13,807 nucleotides of DNA, from positions 1-13,807 of the forward strand of contig JBHGNT010000926.1 of assembly GCA_043228905.1 (NCBI GenBank), given 5' to 3'. The translations under genes and the position numbers were made by a program. The notes beneath the pieces are model-generated. The model did no database searches, was not told where the DNA came from, and worked only from the letters and a program-made list of their open reading frames with translations. Shown in pieces: positions 9,004-13,807 of this stretch (position 1 is its first letter; every line of letters starts with the position of its first letter). Source of the stretch: Azolla caroliniana. Taxonomy: Eukaryota; Plantae; Polypodiophyta.

Positions 9004-12000
9004 GTGCGCATGCAAATTGACATGAGAGACGAGCCCAGTGGAGCACCTCAAACCTCAGTACCATCCACGTCGTCGGAGGACGACAAGCTATGGGATGCTC
9101 TTACCAACTCCCGCATCTCGCTGCCCCTACATAAGCTGTTACCACTCATGCCGAGATTTCGGGACACCCTGGCTGCACTCCAGGTCAATACTAAGCCCGT
9201 AACGCCACCGGTTCACCTCACCAAACCAGGCACAGGTCCACCACTCATGGATTCTCCGAAACCAGTCGTGAAAATCATCATTAAAGGACAAGACTTGCAC
9301 GGATGCATCATAGACGGAGGATCCGTCGTAAACGTTATTAGCGAGACAACTTGTCACAACCTCAGCCTAAATCAATGGGAACCGTGCCCCTTTTGGCTTC
9401 GGATAGCCGACACCCGCTCCATTCGCCCCATTGGTTTAATCCGCCACCTCGACTTCACACTCGGAGGCCACATGTTTACAATCTCGGCCGTCGTGCTAAG
9501 ACTGGAGACACAAGGCGCCTACCCAATGTTACTAGGTAGACCATGGTTGCGGACAACGAATATCAAGCAGCATTGGCAACGCAACATGATCTCGTTCCGA
9601 CGAGGCAAGACAAAGGTCCGAATTATCACGGAAGAATGCGTCCCCGCGGTCCTCAACGCTTCGCCGTTATACGCGGAGGGGGTCCATATGCTCGATGGTT
9701 TGGCCGATGAGGAGGTCGATGACTTCCTAGAGGATCATCCCACTCTTCGAAATCAACGCCATACCAACCATCGAGCCACCTAAAGACGAAGAAGTCCCGG
9801 AGGAATCACTGCCCCAAGATGAACCGGATCCAACCATAGTTGCGGAGCTATGCCATGCTCGGGATGCTTTTGAACGCGAGCTCACCATTTCACAACGGGT
9901 CAAAGCATCAACACTGGAAACGATAAACCTCGGCTCGGACGAGAATCCTCGTACGTTACAAATTGCCAATAATCTACCAACCGGGGAACGGGCATCCCTC
10001 GTACGATTGCTCACCGACTACCAGGATGTTTTCGCTTGGTCTTACACTGATATGAAGGGGCTGGACCCTCAATACTACCAGCATCAAATCCACCTCTTAC
10101 CCGACACTCGGCCGGTTCAGCAAAGGCGCTACAGGATGAACCCCAACTATGCTGCTAAAGTCAAAGAGGAAATCGACAAACTACTCCGAGTTGGTTTCAT
10201 TCGCCCTGTCAAACGAGCCACGTGGTTGAGCCCGATCGTAGTCGTCCCAAAGAAGAACGGAAAAATCCGAGTCTGCGTCGACTATCAGAAGCTTAACGCG
10301 GCCACGGTCACTGATGGTTTCCCTCTCCCGTTCACGGACAACGTCCTCGACATGGTAGCAGGCCACGAATGCTACAGTTTCCTCGACGGGTTCAACGACT
10401 ATAACCAGATAAGAATGCACCCGGAGGATCAGGAGAAAATCGCATTCGTCACGGAATGGGGTGTTTTTGTGGCAGAAGTAATGATGTTCGGTCTAAAAAC
10501 GGCGCCGGCTACGTTCCAGCGCATCATCACCGAAATCTTTCACGACTACATCCCCGCGTTCATGCAAGTCTTTCTCGACGATTTCGTTGTGTATGGCCCT
10601 CAATGGGAACACATGACCCAGCTGCGACTCTGTTTGGACCGATGTCGCCAGGCTCGATTAAGCTTAAACCCGGTGAAATGCGCGTTCTTAGTCACCAACG
10701 GCAACCTTCTCGGCCACATTGTCAGTCAAGAAGGCATCGGTATGGACCCGGATAAAGTAAAGACCATCCTGACCGCCCCCGCACCCTCGAATGCAAAGGC
10801 ACTAAGCTGATTTTTGGGACAAATCAGGTGGCACCGCCGAATGATACGACATCTGGCTGATTTTGCGACACCTTTACACGCGGCAGTCCCATCGCCTTCC
10901 CTTCCAATGGACGTCAACCGAGGACACGGCTTACCAAACCCTAAAATTAATGCTCTCACATGCCCCGGTGGTCCAGCCCCCGGTTTGGTCCGAACCATTC
11001 CATGTCTTCGTGGATGCCTCAAACATCGCCATCGGAAGCGCCCTGATGCAATGTACACTCCTGAATTGGTATAGGCCCGTGTACTTTGCCAACCGATGGC
11101 TCTCAACCGCGGAAAAGATCTACTCCACCACCGAGCGAGAGGCCCTCGGTATGATTTATAGCATCAATAAATTCCGGCATTACCTCTTGGGCCGGAAGTT
11201 TACCTTTCACGTGGATCACTCGACCCTTCTTTATTTGGTCAATAAACAAGCCCTCACCGGACGGTTGGCTCGGTGGATGCTCCTACTCCGAGAATTTGAT
11301 TTCCAGATTCAGCATCGACCCGGGGTCCAACACGCCATCGCCGACTACTTGAGCTGTCTTGAGTCAGGGGAACCGGCGGAAACAATGTACGACGATTTAC
11401 TGGATGCCAACTTATTTAACCTGACCACGATGCCAGACGATAACGAAGATGAATGGATCACGGAGATGACCCATTTTCTCAGTACTGGCCTACCTCCCGA
11501 GCACATGCCCCTTGACGCGAGGAAACGCCTAGCAGTACGCAGCCGGAATATTTGCCTCGTCTTGGACATTCTTTACCACAAAGGCTCGGACGACATATGG
11601 CGCCGAGCGATTCGGCATTTCGAGAAGGACGCCGTTCTTCAGGAGGCCCACCAGGGAGTAGCCGGGGGACATTACGCCGGGGATTCCATGACAATGAAGG
11701 TTTGGCAAAGCGGATTGTGGTGGCTGACAACGAAGAAAGATGCTCACGAGTTTTGCCGACAGTGCGATTTGTGCCAACGATTGGGGCAACCAATGGAACA
11801 ATCACGGATGCCACACCAGCCGATTCTCCCGTTGGACCGATTTCAAAAATGGGGTTTGGATTTTGTAGGCCCTTTCAAGCCACCCGCGACCCGTACAGGG
11901 AATAGGTATATTATCGTGGCCATGGACTACTGCACGAAATGGGTCGAGGCTAAAGCTCTCCAAGACAACACGGCGGCATCCACTGCTAAATTCGTGTACG

Positions 12001-12790
12001 AGCATCTTTGGTGCCGTTACGGATGCCCAATCGAGCTCGTTAGTGACAAAGGTGGACACTTCATCAATCATATAATACGTGAGCTTACACACCACTACGC
12101 GGTGGTGCACAAGAAAAGCACACCATACTACCCGCAGGCTAACGGCTTGGTGGAATCAACCAATAAAATCCTCCAAACCATACTAAAATCGTCAATTTAA
12201 ACAGGACCGATTAGGATGACAAGCTCCAGAGCGCACTTTGGGCGTATCGTACAACTTTCAAAATGAGCATCCAATCAACCCCCTTTCGAATGGCGTTCGG
12301 GTTAGAAGCCGTGATGCCCGTCGAGTTCCAAGTCCCGAGCCTCCGAGTTCAAGTCAAAGCACGGCTCCCCGAGGCCCAATCCGAGCAATACCGGTTGGAA
12401 CAACTCCTCGAACTCGGTGAAGACAGGATAGAGAGCATGGCCTAGCTCGAACAACGCCAACGACAACGGAAGGCTTTTGTGGATCGACATCAAAAAGGGC
12501 TGGAGCAGGAGCTCACCATCGGCAAACCTGTTCTTCTTTTTCAAACACGACTCGGGTCAATGCCGGGAAAGTTAAGATTTCGGTGGACCGGTCCATTCTG
12601 GATTATCGACGTGTTCAACGGGACGTTCCAGCTCGGCACACTCGCCGTCGACATTGTCAAGAGCTGGGCCAATGGTTTTTGACTTCGACCATATCGAGGC
12701 ACTACACCACTCAACCCGTTTACCGAGCTGCACGACACAAACGAGCTTCGGGTGACCACCACGGAGGAGGCCATGTGTCCCCCTCGATAA
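9004..12790 (+). pseudogene. Gypsy pol: aspartic protease, reverse transcriptase, RNase H, integrase (HHCC, DDE, GPF), disrupted
   Basis: Protease IIDGGS (9307-9324) and LLGRPWL. RT WLSPIVVVPKKNGKIRVCVDY, MMFGLKTAPATFQR and FLDD (10571). RNase H VDASNIAIG..EREAL..HVDH. Integrase H..GGH..CDLCQ, WGLDFVGP, SDKGGHF, QANGLVE and RWTGPF (12581-12598). Frameshifts near 9750, 10888 and 12186; stops at 10808, 12212, 12443 and 12680; final TAA at 12788-12790. Confidence 0.95.
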
Positions 12791-13199
12791 GGACCCACCC
12801 ACCTTTTTGAAATTAATAAAGTAGGTAGGATTAACCATAGTTTAGCCATCGATTAGCTACACCTACACCACCCACCTAGGCACCCACAATTTAGGAGCAC
12901 CCCTAGCCACCTCTCATTTAGTACCTATTTAAGGCCCATGTACAGCACTCAAAGCACCCCACTCACCTTCAGGACACGTGGCGCTAGTCACTTATTATGG
13001 CACCCATGACTCACAATCTTCAGGATTCGTTTCTGGCACAAAAACCTAGGAGTAAGATACTAAAACCGTTTCCAAAACGCAACACATACATAGAAGCTCA
13101 TTATCGCTCCCAACCTCCATCGCTCTGAAGCTCTGAAGCTCCTTCTCGCTCTCATTGCCGTAAACGCTCTTGCTCTCAAGCCCTCTTTCGCTCCCACAG

Positions 13200-13281
13200 C
13201 CCCTCCGCAGCACCTCGCCTATCATCTGTTCCTTCTCTGTCTCACCCTCACCTCATCACTCTGCCTCATTCTTCCACGCAG
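13200..13281 (+). promoter_or_regulatory. Polypyrimidine tract and candidate splice acceptor ahead of the extra ORF
   Basis: C/T-rich run ending TCATTCTTCCACGCAG|G, with AG at 13280-13281, 12 nt before ATG 13294. Confidence 0.5.
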
Positions 13282-13293
13282 GCACACTCCATC

Positions 13294-13807
13294 ATGCCTC
13301 TCACTGCTTCATCAAAAACCCGCACCTGGCTTCAGGAACGAGGAATGGGAGGTTACATGAAGATCATCGATGCCCCCGGGCGTATAAGTCCCGAAGCCAT
13401 CACCAACAACGTGTTTCGGGCTGCTTTGGACCTGCAACGGGGAGGCGACCATGATGTCGACATACCCCCGGCAACGAAGCTGAAAGAGTACTTCAGTGCG
13501 TACTCTGCCTCAGGGAAGGCATACCGCACATATGGCGGCCCCAACAAAGCTTTCGGGGAGATTGCTCGGATATTGATGGAGTATGCGTTCATGCATACGA
13601 ACCCGACGAGCATGCCACAGAACAAGGCCGCCATCATCATTAGTGCCTGTGAAGGGAACAAAATCGACTGGGGAATCATCACAGGTGAAGGACTCCGCGC
13701 CGCCTTAACCTCATTCCAGTCAGGTAAGAAGATGTTGTCTGTTCTTACCCACTTTTTGACGGTGTTATACCCGCCCTCTTCTCTTCCTTCCCCTCAGGCA
13801 CTCACGT
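13294..13807 (+). CDS. Extra (env-like / Athila ORF-type) protein of the gypsy element, at least 171 aa, open at the window edge
   Basis: Manual translation with no stop: MPLTASSKTRTWLQERGMGGYMKIIDAPGRISPEAITNNVFRAALDLQRGGDHDVDIPPATKLKEYFSAYSASGKAYRTYGGPNKAFGEIARILMEYAFMHTNPTSMPQNKAAIIISACEGNKIDWGIITGEGLRAALTSFQSGKKMLSVLTHFLTVLYPPSSLPSPQALT. The G-x-K-I-D-W-G-I-I motif recalls extra ORFs of plant LTR elements. Confidence 0.7.
   Translation, partial: MPLTASSKTRTWLQERGMGGYMKIIDAPGRISPEAITNNVFRAALDLQRGGDHDVDIPPATKLKEYFSAYSASGKAYRTYGGPNKAFGEIARILMEYAFMHTNPTSMPQNKAAIIISACEGNKIDWGIITGEGLRAALTSFQSGKKMLSVLTHFLTVLYPPSSLPSPQALT

Larger units (their letters stand above)
6712..13807 (+). mobile_element. 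Ty3/gypsy non-chromovirus LTR retrotransposon with an extra 3' ORF; 3' LTR outside the window
   Basis: LTR-PBS-gag-PR-RT-RNaseH-IN order, GPF module, no chromodomain, no second RNase H, extra sense ORF. Confidence 0.93.

Noticed and set aside
8480-9790. Programmed gag-pol frameshift or stop read-through
   Set aside because: About 13 scattered stops and frameshifts occur throughout gag-pol, consistent with decay, and I saw no slippery heptamer at the shifts.
7346-13682. Antisense and alternate-frame ORFs across the gypsy element, including 8516-8875 and 13353-13682
   Set aside because: They are shadows of GC-rich gag-pol or extra-ORF sequence with no domain motifs. The T/M-rich ORF is the off-frame reading of the RD tract.
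13294-13807. Domestication of the extra ORF because it is intact while gag-pol is broken
   Set aside because: At roughly one lesion per 400 bp, a clean 513-bp stretch is unremarkable. Pol itself has an open stretch of about 1.3 kb.
1-13807. CRISPR array or prokaryotic defence system
   Set aside because: No repeat-spacer array. The window is spliced eukaryotic gene sequence plus LTR retrotransposons.

Overview
Land-plant nuclear DNA; the retroelement types suggest a fern or other non-seed plant, but that is inference. Positions 1-2109 (minus strand) hold the first two coding exons of a glycerol kinase gene (GLI1/NHO1-like), and the gene continues off the left edge. Upstream is a microsatellite-rich 5'/promoter region with a tandem W-box-like (TTGAC)n array. 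From about 4.4 kb there is a three-layer retrotransposon nest. (1) A decayed plus-strand Ty1/copia element with a recent 277-bp internal tandem duplication. (2) The 3' tip of an inverted second LTR, which cuts the copia at the start of its integrase. (3) A plus-strand Ty3/gypsy non-chromovirus element that runs off the right edge, with a 641-bp LTR, tRNA-Arg PBS and degenerate gag-PR-RT-RH-IN. The gypsy element is the most interesting part. It carries a tRNA 3'-half mimic ending in CCA near the start of its LTR and three CCHC knuckles split by an Arg/Asp-rich tract. It also has an extra sense ORF after integrase, missing from the ORF track and preceded by a strong splice acceptor, which resembles a retroviral env-like layout. 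No searches were run, so family assignments rest on motif recognition and novelty is unverified.
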